NCBI GenBank assembly: GCA_903847205.1
Contig: CAINDA010000028.1
Coordinates: 4,603-68,602, forward strand
DNA length: 64,000 bases
Source of the DNA: an uncultured Bacteroidota bacterium
GTDB lineage: Bacteria; Bacteroidota; Bacteroidia; 2-12-FULL-35-15
Reading direction: 5' to 3'
Part shown: one piece after another, positions 1 to 9,272 of the stretch
Position numbering within the stretch: the first letter of the stretch is position 1
How the letters are laid out: each line of letters opens with the position of its first letter
Position numbers and translations under genes: made by a program
Notes under the pieces: model-generated
Seen by the model: the letters and a program-made list of their open reading frames with translations, nothing else
The model's database searches: none
Told to the model about the DNA's origin: nothing

Positions 1-105
1 AACGGTTCGGCTGCATCAGAGGGCACTTATTTTTACATTATCAAAGCCTCCGATTTTGATTCAAAGCAGTATGATAAGCAGGGAGCATTTCAATTGACTA
101 AATAA
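1..105 (+). CDS. 3' end of an upstream gene. The C-terminal tail (..GTYFYIIKASDFDSKQYDKQGAFQLTK*) resembles a T9SS type-B (CHU_C-like) sorting domain.
   Basis: An open frame enters from the window edge and ends with TAA at 103-105. The GTYFYII motif is typical of gliding-motility-associated C-terminal domains. A terminator follows. Confidence 0.35.
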   Translation, partial: NGSAASEGTYFYIIKASDFDSKQYDKQGAFQLTK

Positions 106-173
106 AAACAATTGGAAAATCAGCAGCCTTAATTTTAAATTACAGAATTATTATAAATCAGTATCAGCACAAA

Positions 174-214
174 ATCCCCCTTCCTCATTTCGAAGAAGGG
201 GGATTTTGATTTTT
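174..214 (+). terminator. Rho-independent terminator for the upstream + strand gene
   Basis: Perfect 9-bp stem tcccccttc/gaaggggga (175-183 pairing with 195-203) and an 11-nt loop, followed by ttttgattttt. Confidence 0.55.
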
Positions 215-427
215 AGAAATGGAGGGATTTACATCCAGCCCATATCTGTTTTGATTTTGTGCCTGCTTCCCTGACAATCTCTATGGCCGCCGCAAGAACT
301 AAACAGCACTGTTGATACTATAAATAAAAATACTAAAATTAGTTTGTTCTTCATGGGATCAGGTTTTTTTGAGTCTTAACGTAGTAAATATGTATTTGTT
401 TCAATTGTTGAAAAACAAAATATTTGT

Positions 428-1672
428 TTAAAAGGCAGCTATCTTATCCGAAATATACTGCCCCGATTTTAATTTGCCGACAATTTTAGAAAACGCATCA
501 ATAGTGTAATTAACATCTTCAAGCGTATGAACAGCTGTAGGGATTATCCGAAGAATAATCATGCCCTTTGGAACAACAGGATAAACAACCATTGAACAGA
601 AAATATTGAAATTTTCGCGCAGATCTAAAATCAGATTGGTAGCTTCAGGAATGGAACCGTTCATAAAAACAGGGGTTACCGGTGAATTGGTTACGCCGAT
701 TTCGAACCCTGCTTTTTTCAAACCGCTCTGCATCGCATGTGTAATTTCCCAAAGTTTATTTTTTAATTCGGGATGATTGCGCATTAATTCAAGGCGTTTC
801 AATGCACCAATCACTAAAGGCATTGGAAGTGATTTTGCGAATATCTGAGAACGCATATTGTATCTAAGGTATTCCACAATCTGCTCATCGCTCGAAATAA
901 AGCCGCCTATCGATGCAAATGATTTGGCAAATGTTCCGAAATAAATATCTATCTGATCCTGACATCCTTGCTCCTGGCCGGTTCCCCCGCCTGTAGCACC
1001 CATTGTGCCGATGCCGTGTGCATCATCAACAAATAAACGGAAATTATATTTTTTCTTTAATGCAGCAATCTCTTTTAATTTACCCTGATCGCCGCGCATA
1101 CCGAATACTCCTTCGGTGATTAATAAAATAGAGCCGTTTTGTTCCTCAGCTAATTTTGTTGCTCTCTGTAATTGTTTTTCGCAGTCTTCAATATCATTGT
1201 GTTTGAATACATAACGTTTACCCATGTGCAGGCGTACACCGTCTAAAATACAGGCATGTGCTTCGGCATCATAAACAATAACATCGTGGCGGTCAACTAA
1301 ACAGTCAATTGCTGAAATCATTGCCTGGTAGCCGAAATTGCAAAGGATGGTATCTTCTTTTTTAACAAATGTTGATAATTCAGACTCTAATTGCTCGTGA
1401 AAATTTGAATTTCCGCTCATCATGCGTGCTCCCATTGGTGTTGCAAAGCCGTACTTTACAGCTGCATCACCGTCTGCCTTGCGCACTTCCGGGTGATTAG
1501 CCAATCCTAAATAATTGTTCAAACTCCAGTTTAAACGTTCTTTACCGCGAAACATCATGCGTGGTGCTATGTCGCCTTCCAATTTTGGAAATGTAAAATA
1601 GCCATGCGATTCTTTTGCGTGCATCCCTATCGGGCCGCGGTTTGCTTTAATCTTTTCAAATAAATCTTTCAT
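428..1672 (-). CDS. PLP-dependent alpha-oxoamine synthase (serine palmitoyltransferase / cysteate-fatty acyltransferase / KBL-BioF family)
   Basis: 414 aa with a GTFAKSFASIGGFI PLP-lysine motif and a DDAHGIG motif. The N-terminal YFTFPKLEG resembles Bacteroides Spt. Length is typical for the family. Confidence 0.85.
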   Translation of the reverse strand: MKDLFEKIKANRGPIGMHAKESHGYFTFPKLEGDIAPRMMFRGKERLNWSLNNYLGLANHPEVRKADGDAAVKYGFATPMGARMMSGNSNFHEQLESELSTFVKKEDTILCNFGYQAMISAIDCLVDRHDVIVYDAEAHACILDGVRLHMGKRYVFKHNDIEDCEKQLQRATKLAEEQNGSILLITEGVFGMRGDQGKLKEIAALKKKYNFRLFVDDAHGIGTMGATGGGTGQEQGCQDQIDIYFGTFAKSFASIGGFISSDEQIVEYLRYNMRSQIFAKSLPMPLVIGALKRLELMRNHPELKNKLWEITHAMQSGLKKAGFEIGVTNSPVTPVFMNGSIPEATNLILDLRENFNIFCSMVVYPVVPKGMIILRIIPTAVHTLEDVNYTIDAFSKIVGKLKSGQYISDKIAAF

Positions 1673-1865
1673 ATTGCTGTTGTTGTTCTTGTTTCAGAAA
1701 TTGCAGTGCGAAGTTAACAGATTCTGCCTGATTTACAAAGGTTTTTTTACCGGCTGTGGTGTATTGTAAATAAGTTTCTTCATCAATGATAGATTTATGT
1801 TCATAAGGTTTAAAACAAGCACGCTGCTTGGTCGTTCGCGGGCGGAAATTCTGCAGCTTAAACAA
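1656..1865 (-). CDS. Small hypothetical ORF (69 aa) that overlaps the Spt-like start by 17 nt
   Basis: ORF track only. I recognise no domain. Q-rich C-terminus. It may be spurious. Confidence 0.2.
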   Translation of the reverse strand: MFKLQNFRPRTTKQRACFKPYEHKSIIDEETYLQYTTAGKKTFVNQAESVNFALQFLKQEQQQQYERFI

Positions 1866-1958
1866 ATTCTAAATTCAAATTTTAATTGAAAATGGCATGA
1901 GTAAATTTTATGTTATGCCTTATATTTGCATACTTAAATTGATTTCAGCTTTAACAAT

Positions 1959-3536
1959 TTGATCTCCATGACAACACTCAATCTTAATCCAATTCAAAAT
2001 CCGATTAATAAAAAAAAGCTTTATGAAATGGAGGAAGCAAGCTCACAGCAGATTGAACAGGTCTTTAAAACAGCCCGCAGGATGCAGGATATTGTAAAAA
2101 ATATGCCCGTTGAAAAACGCGTTGAAGAGATTTTGAAAATCAATGATTATGTTATTGCTCACCGCGAAGAAATAATTACACGTATTGTTGAAGAGACCGG
2201 TAAATCAAGGTTTGATGCATTGAGTTCCGAAATTTTTGAAGTTTGTGACCTAATAGATTATTTAAAAAAAGTTGCTCCGAAATTATTAAAAGATAAAAAG
2301 GTTCATACGCCCATTGTGCTGATGGGCAAAAAATCTAAAGTTGTATTCGAACCATTAGGAACCGTATTGATAATCACTCCCTGGAACTACCCTTTTTATC
2401 AAATGCTGCTGCCTTCTATTTTGGCATTTTTAGCTGGGAATACCGCAATAATAAAACCTTCCGAGCTTACGCCTCTTAAAGGGTTAATAGAAAGAGTGTT
2501 GACCGAAAGCGGTTTTTTGAAAGATGCGATTCAGGTTATTTACGGCGGCAGAGAGACGGGAAAACAGCTGATAGATGCCCAGCCGGATAAAATACATTTT
2601 ACCGGAAGTGTGCAGACAGGAAAAAAAATAATGGCTCAGGCCGCTCAATACCTTATTCCGGTTGACCTAGAGCTTGGGGGGAAAGATCCTGCCATTGTAT
2701 TTGAAGATGTAAATATTGAACGCACCGCAAATGGGCTCCTGTGGGGAAGTTTCACCAACAGCGGTCAGTCATGTACTTCAATAGAGAGAGTGTATGTTCA
2801 GGAAAGTATTTATGATGAGCTGATAAAAAAATTGTATTACAACATCAGTAAACTTAAGGTTTCTGATGAAAATAGAAATTACCTTGAGCCGGGAGAGTGT
2901 GATATGGGATGTATGACTTCTGAATCACAGATTCAGACAGTGGAATCGCATATTCTTGATGCCGTTGAAAAAGGGGCTAAAGTAATTATCGGAGGAAAAA
3001 GGGCGCCGGGCTCACTGCATTTCCCGCCTACTTTAATTGTGGACGTGAACCATACGATGAAAATTGTTATGGATGAAACATTCGGACCTGTGCTGCCCGT
3101 TATGAAATTTAAAACAGAAAAAGAGGCAGTTCAGCTGGCAAATGATTCGCCTTACGGGCTCAGTGCAAGTGTCTGGTCAAAAGACTTAGCCAGAGCGGAA
3201 CGCGTTGCCAAAAATTTAAAAACAGGCAATGTTTCTATTAACAACTGTATGTTGACGGAAGCCAATCCTGCCTTGCCTTTCGGCGGAATAAAAAACAGCG
3301 GGATAGGCCGTACTAAAGGCGAATGGGGCTTATTCAGTTTTGTTAATGTAAAAGCAATACTGATAGACAAACAGAGTTCAATCATTGAAGCGCAGTGGTA
3401 TCCGCATACAAAAACTAAATACGATTTATTAACCAGCCTTATTATTTCGCTTTTTTCACGCTCCAGAAATTTAATTAAATTTGCTGCAGTTGGGATGAAG
3501 CTTGATAAAATAGGTTCTAAAGAAAAAATTAAATAA
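1959..3536 (+). CDS. Aldehyde dehydrogenase family protein with an extended C-terminus
   Basis: ELGGKDPAIVFEDVN and FTNSGQSCTSIERVYV are ALDH catalytic Glu/Cys motifs. 525 aa with a hydrophobic C-terminal tail, as in fatty-aldehyde DH. Confidence 0.85.
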   Translation: MISMTTLNLNPIQNPINKKKLYEMEEASSQQIEQVFKTARRMQDIVKNMPVEKRVEEILKINDYVIAHREEIITRIVEETGKSRFDALSSEIFEVCDLIDYLKKVAPKLLKDKKVHTPIVLMGKKSKVVFEPLGTVLIITPWNYPFYQMLLPSILAFLAGNTAIIKPSELTPLKGLIERVLTESGFLKDAIQVIYGGRETGKQLIDAQPDKIHFTGSVQTGKKIMAQAAQYLIPVDLELGGKDPAIVFEDVNIERTANGLLWGSFTNSGQSCTSIERVYVQESIYDELIKKLYYNISKLKVSDENRNYLEPGECDMGCMTSESQIQTVESHILDAVEKGAKVIIGGKRAPGSLHFPPTLIVDVNHTMKIVMDETFGPVLPVMKFKTEKEAVQLANDSPYGLSASVWSKDLARAERVAKNLKTGNVSINNCMLTEANPALPFGGIKNSGIGRTKGEWGLFSFVNVKAILIDKQSSIIEAQWYPHTKTKYDLLTSLIISLFSRSRNLIKFAAVGMKLDKIGSKEKIK

Positions 3537-3537
3537 G

Positions 3538-4923
3538 ATGGCAGCAACGTATGATTTCATAATTATTGGTTCAGGAACTTCAGGCGGAGTGCTTGCACAC
3601 AACCTTCAAAAATCAGGAGCAAAGTGCCTTTTGATAGAGGCCGGTAAGTATTTCAAAAAAGAGACCTTTCCAAAAAATGAAGCAGATGCTTCTACCCAGC
3701 TGTATTGGGGCGGAGGATTGGAATTTAATGAATCAGCTACAATGGCATTTCTCCGCACAAGGGCGGTAGGAGGTACTTCTATTGTAAACCAGTGTTTGAT
3801 GAACCGCTTTGATGACATCGCTTTCAGGGATTGGAAAACACAATCAGAAGTTGGCTTTTTTAATGAAAAAGATATGTCGTCCTATTATGAAAAGGTTGAA
3901 AAGGCTTTGGTACTGCATACTTTTGATAAAAGTGAATTTAATAACAATGCAAAAAAATTTACGGCAGGATGCGATAAGCTGGGTTATAAATGGGATTACC
4001 TTCAAAGAGGCCAGTCCGACTGTGCTTTAGATAAAGGGAACGACTGCATCGGCTGTTTAGGCGGCTGCCGAAGGGATTCCAAGCAAAGTACTATGGTGGC
4101 GTTTATTCAGAAAGCTGAAAAAATCGGGCTTGAAATTTTAACCGAATTTACTGTTGACAGCGTTGAAAATAAAACTGATTCCGTTCTTGTAAAAGGAGAA
4201 AAAGCTGGGCAGAAACAAGTGCTTACAGCTAAAAAAATAATATTAGCCGGCGGTTCGTTCGGCAGTACCGGTATCCTGCTTCGTTCTGGTTTTAAAGATC
4301 GTCTTCCTGCATTAGGAAAATATTTTTCTTCACATCCGCAGTTTATGTCATTCGGTATTTATGATGAATACATTGATTCTCACAAAGGGGCTTTCCAATC
4401 GGTAGCTTCTAAAGACCCATCATTCAGACAGAAAGGGTTTAAGCTGGAGAATGTATTTGCTTCGCCGATATCAATAGGCATGTTATTCAATTCAGTGGGG
4501 AAACGCCACCAGGAGCTGATGAGGCAGTACCGCAATATGGCATGCATTGAAGTGGCTGTAAGAGATGAGCCTTCCGGAGAAATATTCCTGAATAAAAAAG
4601 GAAAAGTGGTGGTAAGAAAAGAGCTTACAACACGTGATAGGAGCAGAAGGGACCAAGGGTTAGAGGTAATTCAAAATATTTTTTCAAACAGCGGCGCCAA
4701 GGAAGTGGTGCATTCGCCTTATTATTTCGGACTTCACCTGATGGGCGGATGTGTTATCGGCTCCAACGCCCAAACCTCGGTTGTTGATCCCGATTTCAAA
4801 GTGCATGGAATGGATAATATTTATATTTCAGATTCGAGCATTTATCCGAATGCACCCGGTATTAACCCTTCATTAACGATTATGGCTCTTTCACAAAAAT
4901 TAAGTGAACAATTAACACGCTGA
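3538..4923 (+). CDS. GMC-family FAD-dependent oxidoreductase
   Basis: N-terminal DFIIIGSGTSGGVLA Rossmann FAD motif and a C-terminal GMC-like HxxG..D region. Start is 2 nt after the ALDH stop, suggesting translational coupling. Confidence 0.8.
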   Translation: MAATYDFIIIGSGTSGGVLAHNLQKSGAKCLLIEAGKYFKKETFPKNEADASTQLYWGGGLEFNESATMAFLRTRAVGGTSIVNQCLMNRFDDIAFRDWKTQSEVGFFNEKDMSSYYEKVEKALVLHTFDKSEFNNNAKKFTAGCDKLGYKWDYLQRGQSDCALDKGNDCIGCLGGCRRDSKQSTMVAFIQKAEKIGLEILTEFTVDSVENKTDSVLVKGEKAGQKQVLTAKKIILAGGSFGSTGILLRSGFKDRLPALGKYFSSHPQFMSFGIYDEYIDSHKGAFQSVASKDPSFRQKGFKLENVFASPISIGMLFNSVGKRHQELMRQYRNMACIEVAVRDEPSGEIFLNKKGKVVVRKELTTRDRSRRDQGLEVIQNIFSNSGAKEVVHSPYYFGLHLMGGCVIGSNAQTSVVDPDFKVHGMDNIYISDSSIYPNAPGINPSLTIMALSQKLSEQLTR

Positions 4924-4927
4924 TCAC

Positions 4928-5326
4928 ATGTCAAAAATATTAAGCAAATCAGCTCTTATAGCTGTTAACAGAATTGGAGATATTATTATACCTCATTCAA
5001 ATGAATTTCCTTCTTTCTCCGAAGCGGGAGGCATAGAACATATTGATGATATTATGTCATATACTCCGCCTGGTGATGTAAAAGACCTGAACATGGTACT
5101 GTCTATTTTGGCATACTGCCCAGGGTTTGTCCTTAACATACTTGTTAAACAAATGCTTTCCAGCAATAAAAAAACAGGCCCGCTTTCTCCTATTCTACGT
5201 CAGCTTGATATCGGTTTAAGAGGCATTGTATTTACCTGCTATTACTCTGGGAAAACCGGAAGCAGCTACAAGGGTAAAAATCCTTTAGATATTATTGGTT
5301 ACAAGATTACCAGACTTGAGGATTGA
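4928..5326 (+). CDS. Hypothetical small protein, probably an accessory subunit co-transcribed with the GMC oxidoreductase
   Basis: 132 aa. Starts 5 nt after the GMC stop. GMC oxidoreductases in Bacteroidota are commonly paired with a small subunit. Confidence 0.45.
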   Translation: MSKILSKSALIAVNRIGDIIIPHSNEFPSFSEAGGIEHIDDIMSYTPPGDVKDLNMVLSILAYCPGFVLNILVKQMLSSNKKTGPLSPILRQLDIGLRGIVFTCYYSGKTGSSYKGKNPLDIIGYKITRLED

Positions 5327-5424
5327 TATAACCCCGGTTATATTAAATCATTTAAACAATTTCTGCTAATTGTAATTTGACTTATAAAGCTTTTTTCAAT
5401 TTCACCAACGCTTCCTCTGCTTGA

Positions 5425-7842
5425 ATGAAACAAGCTTTAAAATTAGTATTCCTGCCCGCTTTCATTTTTTTATACAGTTATTCCTATTGTCAAAATACGG
5501 TTAAAGGAAAAGTTATTTCAAATACTACTTTAGAGCCTCTGGCTTTTGTAAATGTTCAATTCAATAACGATAATCGTTTAAGAGCATCAACAGATATTAA
5601 CGGTAATTTTGTTTTCAGCCTTCCTCAAAAAATTACCTCACTTACCTGCTGCTACATCGGTTACCAGCAGCTCACTATAACGCTGAATTCAGATATTAAA
5701 GAAAACAAAGAACTCTTGCTGAGAATGGTTCCTGTTTCATTTCAGTTAAATGAAGTTATTATTAAAGCCGGCGAAAACCCCGCTGACAGGATCATCCGGA
5801 AGGTAATTGAAAATAAAGATTTAAACAACCCGGAAAAAATTCCCTCCTTTAAATACAATTGTTACAATAAAACTATTTATGATTTTCTGCCGGCTGATAC
5901 CATTAGTGCAGGAATCGATTCTTCTAGAATAAATAAAAAATTAAAAGGCGGACATCTGCTGATTATGGAATCTGTTACCGAAAGAAAATTTACTGCACCA
6001 GATAACAGCGAAGAAAAGATAATAGGGACAAAGGTTTCGGGATTCAAGCGTCCTTCATTTGCCTCGCTGTCAACAGACTTTCAGCCTTTTTCTTTTTATA
6101 AGGATATTATTAAAATATTTGATATTAATTATCTAAACCCAATCAGCAATGGCAGTTTGAAAAGATACCAGTTCAGGCTGGAGGATACGCTCTTTCAAAA
6201 CAGCGATACAGTTTTTATTATTTCTTTCAAGCCCCTGCCGGGAAAAAATGCGGAGGCTTTAAAAGGAGTGCTTTACATTAATACAAATAAGTATGCGATT
6301 CAAAATGTAATTGCAGAGCCGTTTGAAAAAGGGTTTGTAGATATTAAAATACAGCAGCAGTATTCCTTTGTAGATAATAAACAATGGTTTCCGCAGCAGT
6401 TGAATTTCGAATTAAAAATGATGAAGTATCCTTCCAAAAAGATGGGAACAAAAGCCAACGGAAAAAGTTATATCCAAAACGTTGAGTTAGGGGCTGTCCT
6501 TAACAAAAAAGATTTCGCGCTTGAAGCTGTTTCAATGGATCCTGAAGCAAGCGGCAGAGATGAACTCTTTTGGAATAAATACCGCCCTGAAGCTTTAAGC
6601 AAAAGGGAAATAACTACCTACCAGGTGATAGACAGCTTCGGAAGAAAACATAATTTCGAGGGAATCCTTCATCTGATTGAAAAAATAAACCTGAATAGAA
6701 TCCCTGTTAAGTTTATTGATATTGATGTACCGCAGACACTGGTGTATAATAAATTTGAAGGCACAAGGATCGGCACTGGTATTTATACAAATGAAAAAGT
6801 ATTCAAACCTATTGTTGTTGGTGGTTTTTTCGGGTACGGACTTAAAGATTTACAATGGAAATACGGTGGTGAATTTGTTTGGACAATAAACAAAAATAAA
6901 GAGTTAAAAATAAAAGCGGCTTATAAAAATACCCTTACAGAAACAGGCGGTTCGGGACTTAATTTTTTTAACGGCGGTTTGCTTGACTTCAGGTCGGCAA
7001 TCGCTTCACAGATGGATAGAATACAACAGAACTCTGTTTCTATTGGTTTCCGGGCTTTGAGGTATGCCGAAATTGATCTTGCTCTGAATCATACCATCGT
7101 TACTCCCCAGTATAATTACGCCTTTCAGCTGAACGAGGCGCAGCAAATAAGCAATTATACCAGCAGCGATATTACAGTACACATGCGGTATGCCTACAAA
7201 GAAAAACTGATTACCTCTTTTAACCAAAGAATGAGTATGGGCTCAAACTATCCCGTAGTTTTTTTGGCTTACACTAAAGGAATTAGAAATTTTTACAACA
7301 GCGGATTTGATTTTAATAAAGCCGAAGCAAGGATTGAGAAATCTTTTTTTACAAAAAATATAGGAGAAACAACTTTCAGAATTGAAGGCGGGTTTATTGA
7401 CAAACCTTTGCCTTACGGGCTTTTGTTTACAGGCGAAGGAAGCCTCGACAACAGTTTTCCTTTCCCGCTTAAAAATTCTTTTCAAACGGCTGCCCCGTAT
7501 GAATTTTTATCCGATAAGTATTTCAATTTTCATTTTGCTCATGACTTTGGCGCTCTGCTTTTTAAACTAAATAAATTTAAACCTCATATTTCAATTCATC
7601 AAAGCATAGGCTGGGGAAGCTTATCAGATAAGGAGAGCCAGCAGCTTATTCAATTCAAAACCAAAGAAAAAGGTTTTTATGAAACCAGGCTTCGGGTTGA
7701 CAATATCATTAAGCTGAATTATTTAAACATTGCCTACATAGGTTTAGGCACAGGTATTTACTATAGATACGGCCCTTATTCATACCCAAATCCGGCAGAC
7801 AATTTAGTACTGAAGTTCAGTCTTAGTTTCTCAACAAAATAA
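5425..7842 (+). CDS. Carboxypeptidase-regulatory-like domain / DUF5686-type large outer-membrane-associated protein
   Basis: Signal peptide. N-terminal VKGKVIS..INGNFVF is a CarbopepD_reg-like fold. The ~800-aa size and Y/F-rich beta-like C-terminus are typical of Bacteroidota DUF5686 proteins. Confidence 0.55.
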   Translation: MKQALKLVFLPAFIFLYSYSYCQNTVKGKVISNTTLEPLAFVNVQFNNDNRLRASTDINGNFVFSLPQKITSLTCCYIGYQQLTITLNSDIKENKELLLRMVPVSFQLNEVIIKAGENPADRIIRKVIENKDLNNPEKIPSFKYNCYNKTIYDFLPADTISAGIDSSRINKKLKGGHLLIMESVTERKFTAPDNSEEKIIGTKVSGFKRPSFASLSTDFQPFSFYKDIIKIFDINYLNPISNGSLKRYQFRLEDTLFQNSDTVFIISFKPLPGKNAEALKGVLYINTNKYAIQNVIAEPFEKGFVDIKIQQQYSFVDNKQWFPQQLNFELKMMKYPSKKMGTKANGKSYIQNVELGAVLNKKDFALEAVSMDPEASGRDELFWNKYRPEALSKREITTYQVIDSFGRKHNFEGILHLIEKINLNRIPVKFIDIDVPQTLVYNKFEGTRIGTGIYTNEKVFKPIVVGGFFGYGLKDLQWKYGGEFVWTINKNKELKIKAAYKNTLTETGGSGLNFFNGGLLDFRSAIASQMDRIQQNSVSIGFRALRYAEIDLALNHTIVTPQYNYAFQLNEAQQISNYTSSDITVHMRYAYKEKLITSFNQRMSMGSNYPVVFLAYTKGIRNFYNSGFDFNKAEARIEKSFFTKNIGETTFRIEGGFIDKPLPYGLLFTGEGSLDNSFPFPLKNSFQTAAPYEFLSDKYFNFHFAHDFGALLFKLNKFKPHISIHQSIGWGSLSDKESQQLIQFKTKEKGFYETRLRVDNIIKLNYLNIAYIGLGTGIYYRYGPYSYPNPADNLVLKFSLSFSTK

Positions 7843-8171
7843 TAAGAACCCCACTTCCCTTTCTTATATGCCTTTTCGGGGGAGCTTGTAAAAAAAATAA
7901 TTATTTGTCGTTGATAAATTAATTCCTTTAAAAGCTGAGGTTATTTAATTAACTTTGTTATACAGAAAAAAATATTAGAAGAAAATCATAAAGTCAATGA
8001 CCTTTTTCACTTTCAGAAATTTTTAATTCAATCAATTTTCTTGTCAATACGGCACTTTGTTTGTGAAAAGCATCGACTTTTTTTCATAAATAAGTGGTTT
8101 GAAATTATTTATATTTCAAATAAATATTTCTTAATAGAATCAATTTTAAAATAAAAAAAATATCCGTTCAA

Positions 8172-9074
8172 ATGATGACAAAAAATTATATACTTCTCTC
8201 CATTTTACTTTGTTCATTTTTTTTAAAGCCTGCCAAGGCGCAATCAGATAAGGTGGCTGCAGACAGCAGTAAACTTAAAATAATGACGTGGAATCTGTAC
8301 ATGCGTCCGCGCCAGGTGTTCCACAACGGCCAGCTGAAAAGGGCACATGCTATTGTAACGCAGTTAAAAGATAAAGACTATGATCTGATTGTATTTCAGG
8401 AAACTTTTGACAGAAAGGCAAGAAACATTATCTGGAACGGACTCAAAGAAAAATTTCCTTACCAATCAGGAAGTCCTAAAAAGAAACGTTTATTCAAACT
8501 AAATACTGGTGTTTTTATGATCAGCAAACTCCCTTTAGAAGTGGTTGACAAAATATTTTTTTCAGTATGCGGCGGTTCTGATTGTTTTGCGGTGAAAGGC
8601 GCAGTTCTGATAGACGTTGTTAAAAATAATCATAAAGTTCAAATCATCGGCACCCATCTGCAGGCAGCTGAAGGCAGGCACATGACAGGGCAGAAAATCA
8701 GGCAGATTCAATACGAAGAAATTAAAAACAAATTGATGATTCCTCATGAAGAAAAAGGCGTTCCTCAGTTTTTCGTAGGCGACTTAAATACTTCGAAAGA
8801 TGATAAAGTAAGCTATTCGCAGCTGCTTACTGCTATGGATGTTGAAGACGGAGAAATAACGGGAGACAATCAATTTTCTTCAGCAGGAGTTCAGAACGAT
8901 TTGAAAGAGGCCGGTGATAAACCGCATTTGATAGATTATATTTTATGCAGGAAAAACGGATGTGTTGTTAATTTTAAACAGCGCTGCGTTAAAATTTTTC
9001 AGCAGACATGGGGTAAAAACCATAAAGATCTTTCTGATCACTACGCTGTATATGCAGAGATTGAGCTTAAATAA
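8172..9074 (+). CDS. Secreted endonuclease/exonuclease/phosphatase (EEP) family protein, sphingomyelinase-C-like
   Basis: Signal peptide MMTKNYILLSILLCSFFLKPAKAQ. MTWNLY..DLIVFQETFD and GDLNT are EEP catalytic motifs. Confidence 0.65.
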   Translation: MMTKNYILLSILLCSFFLKPAKAQSDKVAADSSKLKIMTWNLYMRPRQVFHNGQLKRAHAIVTQLKDKDYDLIVFQETFDRKARNIIWNGLKEKFPYQSGSPKKKRLFKLNTGVFMISKLPLEVVDKIFFSVCGGSDCFAVKGAVLIDVVKNNHKVQIIGTHLQAAEGRHMTGQKIRQIQYEEIKNKLMIPHEEKGVPQFFVGDLNTSKDDKVSYSQLLTAMDVEDGEITGDNQFSSAGVQNDLKEAGDKPHLIDYILCRKNGCVVNFKQRCVKIFQQTWGKNHKDLSDHYAVYAEIELK

Positions 9075-9272
9075 ATGAAATTGGTTTTCATTTTTAAAAT
9101 TGCTTCAGGATTATTTTTTTTAAGGACGGTAAATTTATTGTTTACTGTCCTTTTTTCATGTCTGCCGGCGCGGGATAATTTAATTTAATAAAAAGGAGGA
9201 CGCTTTTTGTTCCTAAAATAATTTCGATAAATTTATTCTTTTATTTCTTCATCCAATTTCAATCCCTAATAA

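Noticed and set aside
229-354. 41-aa minus-strand ORF MKNKLILVFLFIVSTVLFSSCGGHRDCQGSRHKIKTDMGWM with a lipoprotein-like signal and lipobox
   Set aside because: Below the ORF-track threshold, and I cannot verify it without homology or expression data. Noted as a possible micro-lipoprotein but not called.
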